From: an uncultured candidate division Zixibacteria bacterium
GTDB lineage: Bacteria; Zixibacteria; MSB-5A5; GN15; FEB-12
Direction of reading: 5' to 3'
Assembly (NCBI GenBank): GCA_963806185.1
Contig: CAWDXE010000007.1
Span: 736,001 to 800,000, forward strand
DNA: 64,000 nucleotides
Shown: positions 28,746 through 36,780 of the stretch, in pieces
Layout of the letters: each line of letters starts with the position of its first letter
Numbering within the stretch: the first letter of the stretch is position 1
The notes under the pieces: model-generated
What the model was told of the DNA's origin: nothing
Seen by the model: only the letters and a program-made list of their open reading frames with translations
The model's database searches: none
Position numbers and translations under genes: made by a program

Positions 28746-29954
28746 TTACAAGTTCTCTTTGAACAGTTTTCCCAGTCTGCGAATACCCTCTTCAATATTG
28801 GCATGGGTCGCATTCGAGAAGTTCAGCCGCAACGTGTTCTCGCCGCCGCCGTTCGGGAAGAATGGCGCGCCTGGCACGTAGGCCACCTTTTGCTCGATTG
28901 CTTTGGGGAACAACGCCTGGGCTGAGGTTTGCTCGGGCAGCGTCACCCAAAGGAACAACCCACCGTTCGGGCATGTCCAGGTGATGCCTTCAGGGAAATA
29001 CTTCTCCATCATCTTAACCATGATGTCGCGTTTCCCGAGATAATCAGCTTTGATCTTCTCTTGATGCGGTTCGAGATACCCCCGCTTGATAAACTCGTAG
29101 ATAAGGAACTGAGTAAACGAGTTGGTGTGCAGATCGGCGCACTGCTTGACTTTTTCGAATTGGCGGATGACGCTCTCCGGGCCGTTCATCCAACCGAGCC
29201 GGAAGCCGGGGGCGACCGTCTTGGAAAACGATCTCAGGGCGATCACTTCATCGCCGCCGTACGACTTGAGTGTGGGAACACGCTCGCCGGCAAACTGAAT
29301 ATCGCCATACGGATTGTCGTCGATAATCGGGATGTCAAATTGAAGCGCCAGATCCACCAGTTGGCGGCGACGTTCGAGCGACATCGTAATCCCCGTCGGA
29401 TTGTGAAAATTGGAGATGCTGTAAATCAGTTTGGGACGGTAGCGGATCAGTTTGGCCTCGACCTGATCGACCAGCATGCCGTTTTTGTCCATCTCTACCG
29501 TGACATACCGCGCCTGGTAGTAGTTGAAGGCCTGCAGAGCTCCGAGGTACGAGGGATTCTCAACTAACACGTAATCGCCCGGATCTATAAACGCACGCGC
29601 AATCAGCTCGATCCCTTGCTGGGCTCCGGCGCAGATCAGGATATTCTCCATGTTTGTCGGCGTGCCTCGCTCCGTGGCTCGCTGGGCGATCAGCGTGCGA
29701 AGCTGCGGAATGCCGCAGGAGAATGAGTACTGCAGGCACTCGGAACCATAAATCTTCAGGACGTCGTTAAGGACTTTCTGCAATTCATCAACGGGAAACA
29801 TTTCCGGGGCCGGAAGGCCGCCGGCGAAAGAAATAATGCCGGGTTGGGACGAGATCTTCAGAATTTCACGAATGATCGAAGTCTCCAGCGAGACCACGTG
29901 CGGAGCGATCCGCCACTTCTCAGGGTGTACTCGCTGGTTAGTGTCGAGCAGCAT
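28746..29954 (-). CDS. PLP-dependent class I aminotransferase (LysN/ARO8-like)
   Basis: ISFAGGLP, GAQQG, NFHNPTG, DNPY, SFSKTVAPGFRLGW, LRLNFS; SD AAAGGA. Confidence 0.92.
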   Translation of the reverse strand: MLLDTNQRVHPEKWRIAPHVVSLETSIIREILKISSQPGIISFAGGLPAPEMFPVDELQKVLNDVLKIYGSECLQYSFSCGIPQLRTLIAQRATERGTPTNMENILICAGAQQGIELIARAFIDPGDYVLVENPSYLGALQAFNYYQARYVTVEMDKNGMLVDQVEAKLIRYRPKLIYSISNFHNPTGITMSLERRRQLVDLALQFDIPIIDDNPYGDIQFAGERVPTLKSYGGDEVIALRSFSKTVAPGFRLGWMNGPESVIRQFEKVKQCADLHTNSFTQFLIYEFIKRGYLEPHQEKIKADYLGKRDIMVKMMEKYFPEGITWTCPNGGLFLWVTLPEQTSAQALFPKAIEQKVAYVPGAPFFPNGGGENTLRLNFSNATHANIEEGIRRLGKLFKENL

Positions 29955-30075
29955 AGCGCTGTCCTTTCTCAATGTCTAAATGGCGAAAACAAACTCTTGC
30001 CTCACTTATGTTGAGCGTCGCCGACAGGGAAGACTCCCGGGTCGCCATGACCCACTACTGTTGTGGCGACACGAT

Positions 30076-30110
30076 ACGTGAAATATATCACAAACGAATG
30101 CAAAAGCCAA
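30076..30110 (-). promoter_or_regulatory. Promoter with an overlapping Rex/CRP-like palindrome
   Basis: Minus strand TTGGCT-N17-TATATT; the -10 lies inside TTGTGA-TATATT-TCACG (30077-30093). Confidence 0.55.
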
Positions 30111-30132
30111 CACATATTGTCGGCTTCGCGCT

Positions 30133-31023
30133 CTAACTTAAAGGTTCGCGACGGTAGATATGTCCTTGACGGACAAGTTCATACAGGACCGATAGATCCT
30201 TCTCCCCGAACCCGAGATGATATGCTTCATTATATAGGAGCGCCGCTCCCGTGCCTGTCCAGCTTTCCTTCCCGATCTCCTGAATCAATTGATAGCACAG
30301 TGTGAGGTCTTTGTGAATTGCTGCCACCGAGAAGTGGGGTGAGAAATCCTCGTTCTGAATCTTCGCGCGCTTCGCATTGAGAACGGCAGAATTGCCGGCG
30401 CCATTGGCGAGTATGTCGAGCACCTGCTCCTTGGGCAGACCGATCGCTTCCCCCAACGACACGGCTTCGGCGAGCGTGGCCATAAAACTCCCCAGTACCA
30501 GATTGTTCACCAGTTTCATCTTCGTAGCCAGCCCTGGGCGCTCAAAGTGGTAGATGGTTTTCGCCAGATGCTTGAGCGCCGGTTCAACCTCTTCGTATAC
30601 CTCACGTCCGCCGCTCGTCAGCATGGTCAATGCCCCCTGCGTGGCCGGCACGACGCTTCCCAACACCGGTGCTTCCAGATACCCGGCGTCGTGTTGGGCA
30701 AACAGCAGATGAAACGCCTGCACCGCCGCGTAATCGTGCGTCGTGCAGTCGACGACAATCTTACCGGCGCAGTCGCCCGCGAGCAGGCCGTCGTCGCTTT
30801 CTGCAACTTCGGCGACCGCTTCGCTATCGAACAGGCAGACAAAGACCACTTCAACTTCATCGAACAGATCCAGCGGCACTTTGGCGACATCTACATCCAG
30901 CCCCTCCGCCTTCTCGGGCGTTCGATTCCAGACGAACACCTTGACTCCCTGCGACAGGAAGCGCTGTACCATGGCGCGCCCAAGATTGCCGAGTCCGACA
31001 AAGCCGACTTGAGAAAGGTCCAT
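30133..31023 (-). CDS. NAD(P)-dependent beta-hydroxyacid dehydrogenase (3-hydroxyisobutyrate dehydrogenase family)
   Basis: GFVGLGNLG, WNRT, EAPVLGS, MKLVNN, FSPHF, KDL; SD AAGGAG before ATG 31023. Confidence 0.9.
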   Translation of the reverse strand: MDLSQVGFVGLGNLGRAMVQRFLSQGVKVFVWNRTPEKAEGLDVDVAKVPLDLFDEVEVVFVCLFDSEAVAEVAESDDGLLAGDCAGKIVVDCTTHDYAAVQAFHLLFAQHDAGYLEAPVLGSVVPATQGALTMLTSGGREVYEEVEPALKHLAKTIYHFERPGLATKMKLVNNLVLGSFMATLAEAVSLGEAIGLPKEQVLDILANGAGNSAVLNAKRAKIQNEDFSPHFSVAAIHKDLTLCYQLIQEIGKESWTGTGAALLYNEAYHLGFGEKDLSVLYELVRQGHIYRREPLS

Positions 31024-31104
31024 CAATACTCCTTTTCGTGGGTAAAGCATCGGGGAAATTGTGACAAAAGGCAAGTGAGGAAAAAAGACGTCGTGATAGA
31101 AGAA

Positions 31105-31136
31105 ATGGCCGGCGCACGTCTCCGTGCCCCGGCCAT
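31105..31136. repeat. Palindromic repeat, homolog of the element at 23813-23841
   Basis: Minus strand GGCCGGGGCACGGAGACGTGCGCCGGCCAT versus GGCTGGCGCACG-AGACGTACGCCAGCCAC. Confidence 0.6.
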
Positions 31137-31179
31137 GCCGAACGTCCCAGTCGAGAGAGCAGGCGAATACCTGCCCAAC

Positions 31180-32247
31180 TCACCGCTTCTTATAGAGCGC
31201 CCTTGCCGCCTTGTGAATCGCCTTCCACCGATTGCGTTCCGCAATCCGCAATAGATGATCCTGCTTGCTGGCAAGGAACCGGAGTTCGCGCTGAAGTTTG
31301 TGAAAACTCTCCAGCCGCGCGGCGTCCAGGCCATCGTCGTCGACCGCCTGTCGCACCGCACACCCCGGTTCTTGCAGGTGTTTACAGTCATTAAACCGGC
31401 AATTCTCCGCCAGAGCCGCGATATCCGAAAACGAATAGTCGAGACTCTCCTCGCCGGCCCAGAGCTGCAATTCCCGCATGCCGGGTGTATCGATCAGCAC
31501 GCCGCCGCCCGGTATCGGTACGAGATGACGCCAGGTCGTCGTGTGGCGGCCACGGCCATCCTCGTTCATCACCTCGCCAACCTTGAGACGCTCTTCTCCA
31601 AGGATGGCGTTAATGACCGTCGACTTGCCTACCCCTGACGATCCCACCAGCGCGACCGTCTGTCCGTCGGCGAAATACTGCCGCACCTCATCGATGCCGG
31701 TACCTTCGCTCGCAATCAACGTGTGCACCGGCACGCCGATGGCCGCCAACTGGATCTCGGCGACCTTCTCATCGACATCATCGCAAAGATCCGCCTTGTT
31801 GAGCAGGACGACCGGTTGCGCACCGCTCTCATACGTGATCGTCAGATAGCGCTCCAGACGATGAACACTGAAATCCCCGTCCAGTCCCATGACCAGAAAA
31901 AGCACATCAATGTTGGCGGCAATTACCTGGACGGTCGTCGTTTGGCCCGCCGACTTCCGCACGAGGCAGCCGCGACGGGGGAGAAGCACGTCGATCGTGG
32001 CCTGATCGCCGTTGTTCTCCGGAATGCGCGCGCCCACCCAGTCGCCGACGGTCGGCAGTTCAAGACGATCGCGGGCGTCGTGGCGCAGCTGTCCCGTAAT
32101 TTGCGCGAAACGCTCGCCCAAAGGTGTAATGATCTGATACCCGGTGCGCTCCTCACGGGAAACACGCGCCGGGCTTAGATCCGGCCGCCCCAACGAGGAG
32201 AGCGGCTCGGCAAAATGGCTGTTCCAGCCTATATGTTCTAACTGCAT
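31180..32247 (-). CDS. rsgA: Ribosome small subunit-dependent GTPase A
   Basis: PTVGDWV, circularly permuted G motifs NKAD, GSSGVGKS, GRHTTT, DTPG; Zn finger CRFNDCKH..EPGC. Confidence 0.95.
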   Translation of the reverse strand: MQLEHIGWNSHFAEPLSSLGRPDLSPARVSREERTGYQIITPLGERFAQITGQLRHDARDRLELPTVGDWVGARIPENNGDQATIDVLLPRRGCLVRKSAGQTTTVQVIAANIDVLFLVMGLDGDFSVHRLERYLTITYESGAQPVVLLNKADLCDDVDEKVAEIQLAAIGVPVHTLIASEGTGIDEVRQYFADGQTVALVGSSGVGKSTVINAILGEERLKVGEVMNEDGRGRHTTTWRHLVPIPGGGVLIDTPGMRELQLWAGEESLDYSFSDIAALAENCRFNDCKHLQEPGCAVRQAVDDDGLDAARLESFHKLQRELRFLASKQDHLLRIAERNRWKAIHKAARALYKKR

Positions 32248-32353
32248 TGCTTTCAGTTTTCCTTATCAATAATATCGTTTCTCGGCATCGTACGTCAATT
32301 ATCAACGTCGACGCACCACCAGTTCCGGCCAAACGGCCTGCAACAATAGTCAT
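32153..32353 (-). other. Candidate leader ORF 2 (MTIVAGRLAGT...), overlapping the rsgA start out of frame
   Basis: AGGAGGAG directly before the ATG; first 16 nt nearly identical to leader ORF 1. Confidence 0.45.
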
Positions 32354-32515
32354 ACTCCTCCTGTATGTGCCGCTCCATGCGGACAGGGCACGGCCAAGGG
32401 GTTAATTACTCAGATTTGTCGGGATTTCCGACAACGCTTGCGTCGCCGGTCGGAGAAACGATTCCTTGAAAAGGAACCGAGAGAGGGCTGGTTAATCGAA
32501 ATCCTTAGACTTCGC

Positions 32516-32566
32516 TCAGCCTGCGACCGGGCGCAAAGAGCCTGTCATTTCTGCAACAATAACCAT
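32516..32566 (-). other. Candidate leader peptide 1 (MVIVAEMTGSLRPVAG, 16 aa)
   Basis: GGAGG 5 nt before ATG 32566; stop TGA at 32516-32518; 3' half complementary to 32438-32452. Confidence 0.5.
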
Positions 32567-32670
32567 TTACGCCTCCGTCAAATAGGGTTTACGGGTTTCA
32601 AATGACTCTGATAGTATCGGCGAATTCCGGCGTTCTGTCAAGCCAAACATCGCGTGCCGCAAGCATGATC

Positions 32671-32705
32671 GTCGGTTGACTGCAGCAGAGCGACCGTTGA
32701 CTGCA
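32671..32705 (+). promoter_or_regulatory. LytTR-type direct repeat
   Basis: GTCGGTTGACTGCA and GACCGTTGACTGCA, exactly 21 bp apart. Confidence 0.7.
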
Positions 32706-32807
32706 TTTCTGCGGCAGGAAATGAATACCACCCGTATGCTGAACACGTGAATGTCCATCACTTCCGCAGTGGCTTGCCCGGAGGGCAGTGGGAAAGGATT
32801 CAGGCAA

Positions 32808-34469
32808 ATGAAAAAACTCATGGTGACAGCGCTCCTGGCCGCTCTTACGGCCGCAACGGGCCGGACGGCGACTATTCACGTCCCGGCCGATCAACCGACT
32901 ATTCAGGCCGGCATCGATGCCGCGGTGAACAATGATACGGTTATCGTCGCGCCGGGAGAGTATTTCGAGAACATCTCCTTTCGCAATAAGACCCTTGTGC
33001 TGGCCAGTGACTATCTGGCGAGCGGCGACGTAAACGACATCCGGACAACCATCATTAATGGCAGCCAGCCAACCTACCCGGACACCGGCAGCGTTGTCAT
33101 CATGCCCGGCGGGCAGACGGGCACTACCCTCCTGGCCGGATTCACCATCACCGGCGGCACTGGGACAATCTGGCGAGATGTCTCCGACAACCTTCTGTAT
33201 CGCGAAGGAGGAGGCATACTCGTCGAAGGCGGTAATCCCAGAATCGAACGGAATATGATCATAGACAACGCGGCTGATTTTTACCCGGGCAACAGCGCCG
33301 GAGGAGGCGCCATTCGCGTTGGCTTCGGTGCGGCGTCACTGGTCGGCAATCTCATCGCCTACAATCGGGGTCGATACGGAGCCGGAGCAGTTTTCTTCTT
33401 CTCGGCCGCGGTCATCAAAAACAACATCTTTTGGAAAAATGCGGGCGGCCAGGACTTCGGTGGCGGTGGCATGTGGCTCGCCAATGGAACCGCCAACGCC
33501 GAAGTGACCAATAACACCATAGTCGCAAATACCTCCACTGGGGCAGGGGGCGGCATACTCGTGCGTGGTCAGACAGCGACCATTTTGAATTGCGTCGTGC
33601 GCGGTAACTCGGGAACTCTTGGTGCCCAAATCCGCCTCGGAACAGGAACGGCCGGCACAGATGTGCTCTATAGTGACGTGCAGGGCGGCTTTGCCGGTAC
33701 CGCCAATTGGGACGCCGATCCGCAATACGCCACTACCAACCTGCTCCTACTGTCAAGCTCTTCGTGCATCGACTCCGGTTGGAGCAGCGCGGCCTACTAC
33801 GACAAAGAAGACCCGGACAACCTCGGCTTCGCGCTTTTTCCGTCCCAAGGTGCTCGCCGTAATGATGTCGGAGCGTACGGCGGTCCCAACGCGCGATCCC
33901 TGCCTCTGTTCACCTCGGCCGAGTTTGGACTCGTTACCGATTCCATTGGCTTTACACCCACCGGGTCAGGCGATACCGCCGGCGCGTGGATTACTTTCTC
34001 GAAAATCTGGTTCGGCCCGGTGAAGATCGACAGCATTCGTTTCAAGCACACTCCGACAAATATTCTCTTTGCCAAGACGACCCTTCCACACACCACCGAT
34101 ATATCGCGCGGCCCCGACTCCGTGCAAATCGGCTGGTCTCCCGTCGCGCTTGGCGAATTGACCGACACGGCGCTGGTGTACCACAATGATTCGACCACCA
34201 TTAGTCCGTTCCAGGTCATCGTCACGGGGCAGACCGTGGGATGTTGTGTGGCCGCAACCGGCAACATCGATTGCGATCCGGGTGACAATGTCGACATCGG
34301 TGATTTGACTTCTCTTATCGACAACCTCTTTGTCACCTTTACGCCCCTCTGCTGCACTCAGGAAGCCAATTGCGACGGCGATCCCGGCGGCAATGTTGAC
34401 ATCGGCGACCTGACCTCCCTGATAGACAATTTGTTCGTGAGCTTTACACCGCTTGCGGGGTGTCAGTGA
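32808..34469 (+). CDS. Secreted parallel beta-helix (pectin lyase-like fold) protein with Ig-like domain and dockerin-like tail
   Basis: Signal peptide, TIHVPADQPTIQAGID, GFTITGG, repeated GGGI..N motifs, RNDVGAYGGP; tail at 34242-34469. Confidence 0.85.
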   Translation: MKKLMVTALLAALTAATGRTATIHVPADQPTIQAGIDAAVNNDTVIVAPGEYFENISFRNKTLVLASDYLASGDVNDIRTTIINGSQPTYPDTGSVVIMPGGQTGTTLLAGFTITGGTGTIWRDVSDNLLYREGGGILVEGGNPRIERNMIIDNAADFYPGNSAGGGAIRVGFGAASLVGNLIAYNRGRYGAGAVFFFSAAVIKNNIFWKNAGGQDFGGGGMWLANGTANAEVTNNTIVANTSTGAGGGILVRGQTATILNCVVRGNSGTLGAQIRLGTGTAGTDVLYSDVQGGFAGTANWDADPQYATTNLLLLSSSSCIDSGWSSAAYYDKEDPDNLGFALFPSQGARRNDVGAYGGPNARSLPLFTSAEFGLVTDSIGFTPTGSGDTAGAWITFSKIWFGPVKIDSIRFKHTPTNILFAKTTLPHTTDISRGPDSVQIGWSPVALGELTDTALVYHNDSTTISPFQVIVTGQTVGCCVAATGNIDCDPGDNVDIGDLTSLIDNLFVTFTPLCCTQEANCDGDPGGNVDIGDLTSLIDNLFVSFTPLAGCQ

Positions 34470-34632
34470 CGAGAAAGAAGAACCCCGCTTAGTATCCTTC
34501 TCAACGCGGCGAACCGGACGGGGACGGCACTTGGCGGCTGCCGAACTCTCTGGTTCGCCGAATTTTATCTCGCAGACCCTGCCGCCATGTTGGCAGGACT
34601 ACGTAAAACGGGTATATTGACGAGAATGAAAC

Positions 34633-35802
34633 ATGCAGGCAGATCACACGATGAATTCAGATGAGCGGGCTCTCGCCTTTATGATGGTCAAAACCACCAA
34701 CACCGAAATCGCCGCGCGCCCTCTGGAACGACGTTGGGTGCGGGCGCTGCTTTTGGTGTTGATCTGGACATTCATTGCCGTCCTCATCGCCTCGCTCAGT
34801 CATCTCCGGATGCTGTATCTGGGGAATGAATCCCATTACTGGAAATGGCTCCTGGATTCTGTCATCGGCTGGAACGCCTGGGCCGCTCTGACTCCGGTCA
34901 TCATTTGGCTCGGTCGCAAGGTAAAGATTGAGCGCGAAGTCTGGCTGTCGCGCGCTCTCTGGCACGTCCCAATGGCCATCGGCATCGTCACTATTCGTGC
35001 CATGTTCGGCATTTTCACGTCCATGGTTGTCATGGGTGAGACGCTGACCATAGCCACTTATCTCGACCAGATGCTTCGCTATCTTATCTGGATGGCGCCG
35101 TGGGATCTGGTCATCTACGGCGGCATTCTCGGTTTCTCCTACGCCATTGAATACCGGAGGCAGCTCCGCGATCGGGAACTGGAGTCGGTACGACTCGAAG
35201 CCGCCTTATCGAAGGCCCAGCTCGATGCCCTGCATGCGCAACTGCAGCCTCATTTCCTGTTTAATACCCTGAATTCCATCTCTGTTCTTATGCAAACCGG
35301 CCGGGTGGACTCGGCCGATCGCATGCTGCGCCACCTCAGTGAGCTGCTTCGCTATGTACTCGCCAAAGGGACATTGCAGGAGGTGACTCTGGACGAGGAA
35401 ATGAAGTTCGTAAATGGTTATCTGGACATCGAACAAGCGCGCTTCGGCGCCCGATTGACCATCAACATTACTATCCCAACCGAACACCTCACTGCCCTGG
35501 TTCCAAGCTTTCTAATCCAGACTCTGGTCGAAAACGCAATCCGTCATGGCGTGGGGCCAAAGTCCGAGCCGGGTACTGTCTCGATACAGGTCAGCCGACG
35601 CGGCGACCGAATGTTGATTGAAGTTGCCGACGACGGGATCGGCATGAAGCAGGATGCCGATTCCAACTCCGGCGTAGGACTGCGCAACGCCCGCGCTCGT
35701 CTCCAGCGACTTTACGGTTCCTCGGCCACTCTCGAAATCAGCCGGCCGGAGGCAGGTGGCACTGTCGTGCGATTGGAATTGCCGTATCGGCGGGAAGAGT
35801 AG
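34633..35802 (+). CDS. LytS-family membrane sensor histidine kinase
   Basis: TM region, AQLQPHFLFNTLNSI, QTLVENAIRHG, DDGIG, GVGL; start uncertain. Confidence 0.93.
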   Translation: MQADHTMNSDERALAFMMVKTTNTEIAARPLERRWVRALLLVLIWTFIAVLIASLSHLRMLYLGNESHYWKWLLDSVIGWNAWAALTPVIIWLGRKVKIEREVWLSRALWHVPMAIGIVTIRAMFGIFTSMVVMGETLTIATYLDQMLRYLIWMAPWDLVIYGGILGFSYAIEYRRQLRDRELESVRLEAALSKAQLDALHAQLQPHFLFNTLNSISVLMQTGRVDSADRMLRHLSELLRYVLAKGTLQEVTLDEEMKFVNGYLDIEQARFGARLTINITIPTEHLTALVPSFLIQTLVENAIRHGVGPKSEPGTVSIQVSRRGDRMLIEVADDGIGMKQDADSNSGVGLRNARARLQRLYGSSATLEISRPEAGGTVVRLELPYRREE

Positions 35803-35807
35803 GCCAG

Positions 35808-36599
35808 ATGCCGGATCGCATCCGCACGCTGATTGTCGACGACGAACCTCTGGCCCGTGACGGCATTCGACACCTGCTCAGCAGTGACGATCGCTTCGAA
35901 ATCATCGGTGAATGTCAGAACGGTAAAGAAGCTGTTGCGACAATTCGCGCCGACAATCCGGCGCTGGTCTTTCTGGACATTCAGATGCCCAGTATGAGTG
36001 GAATGCAGGTGGTCTCCGCCTTGACTCCGCCCAGGCCGCTAATAGTCTTTGTCACCGCATATGATGAATTCGCCGTGCAGGCGTTCGATGTCCACGCCCT
36101 TGATTACTTGCTCAAGCCGGTCGATCCCGATCGGTTCCGCAAAACCCTGGCTCGAATAGCTGGAGCAATTCAGGAAGATCGCATCGGCCAGATCTCCGAC
36201 CGGTTGGAACAACTGGTCGGCAATCTCCAGAAGAGCGGCACCTCGCTGGATTCCAGTTCTCCGTATCTCACGCGCTTCATCATCAAGTCCGCCGGCCTGA
36301 TATACTTTGTTCAGGCCGATGATATCGACTGGATCGAAGCTGCCGACTATTACGTCCGCTTGCACACCGGCAAAAAGAACCACCTGCTGCGGGACTCACT
36401 GAATCGTCTGGAAACCCGCCTCGATCCGAACACTTTCATCCGCATCCATCGATCGACCATCGTCAACCTCAGCCGCGTCAAAGAACTCAAACCGCACTTC
36501 CAGGGCGAGTATATCGTCACGCTCACCGACGGCACCGATCTCAAGTTAAGCCGCACCCACCGCGACAAATTGCAGGCGCTGCTGGGTCAGTCAATCTGA
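35808..36599 (+). CDS. LytTR family response regulator
   Basis: IVDDEPLAR, FLDIQMP, VTAYD, LLKP; LytTR domain FIRIHRSTIVN and LKLSR. Confidence 0.95.
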   Translation: MPDRIRTLIVDDEPLARDGIRHLLSSDDRFEIIGECQNGKEAVATIRADNPALVFLDIQMPSMSGMQVVSALTPPRPLIVFVTAYDEFAVQAFDVHALDYLLKPVDPDRFRKTLARIAGAIQEDRIGQISDRLEQLVGNLQKSGTSLDSSSPYLTRFIIKSAGLIYFVQADDIDWIEAADYYVRLHTGKKNHLLRDSLNRLETRLDPNTFIRIHRSTIVNLSRVKELKPHFQGEYIVTLTDGTDLKLSRTHRDKLQALLGQSI

Positions 36600-36607
36600 C
36601 CGGCGAC

Positions 36608-36662
36608 GCGATTCACTGCAGCCAGAGTAGCCCCTACTGCAAATCAGTAACTCTGTTCTGCA
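36608..36662 (+). promoter_or_regulatory. Three-unit 21-bp-phased repeat (putative LytTR operator)
   Basis: CTGCA at 36616, 36637 and 36658; the first unit CGATTCACTGCA resembles the 32671 box. Confidence 0.6.
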
Positions 36663-36780
36663 CGCGACGTACATTTCCTGAGAACATGTGAGGCTCCCGC
36701 GCTGCCTCGGCCCGATTCGCCCACGATTCGGTCCGTGCCGCGGATAACGTATCAGCGATCATCTCTACCAAGGAGGTTTC

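Noticed and set aside
27218..31023. Classic GABA fermentation or 4-hydroxybutyrate cycle assignment
   Set aside because: The aminotransferase is class I rather than GabT-type class III, no CoA transferase is present, and the AbfD catalytic residues appear substituted
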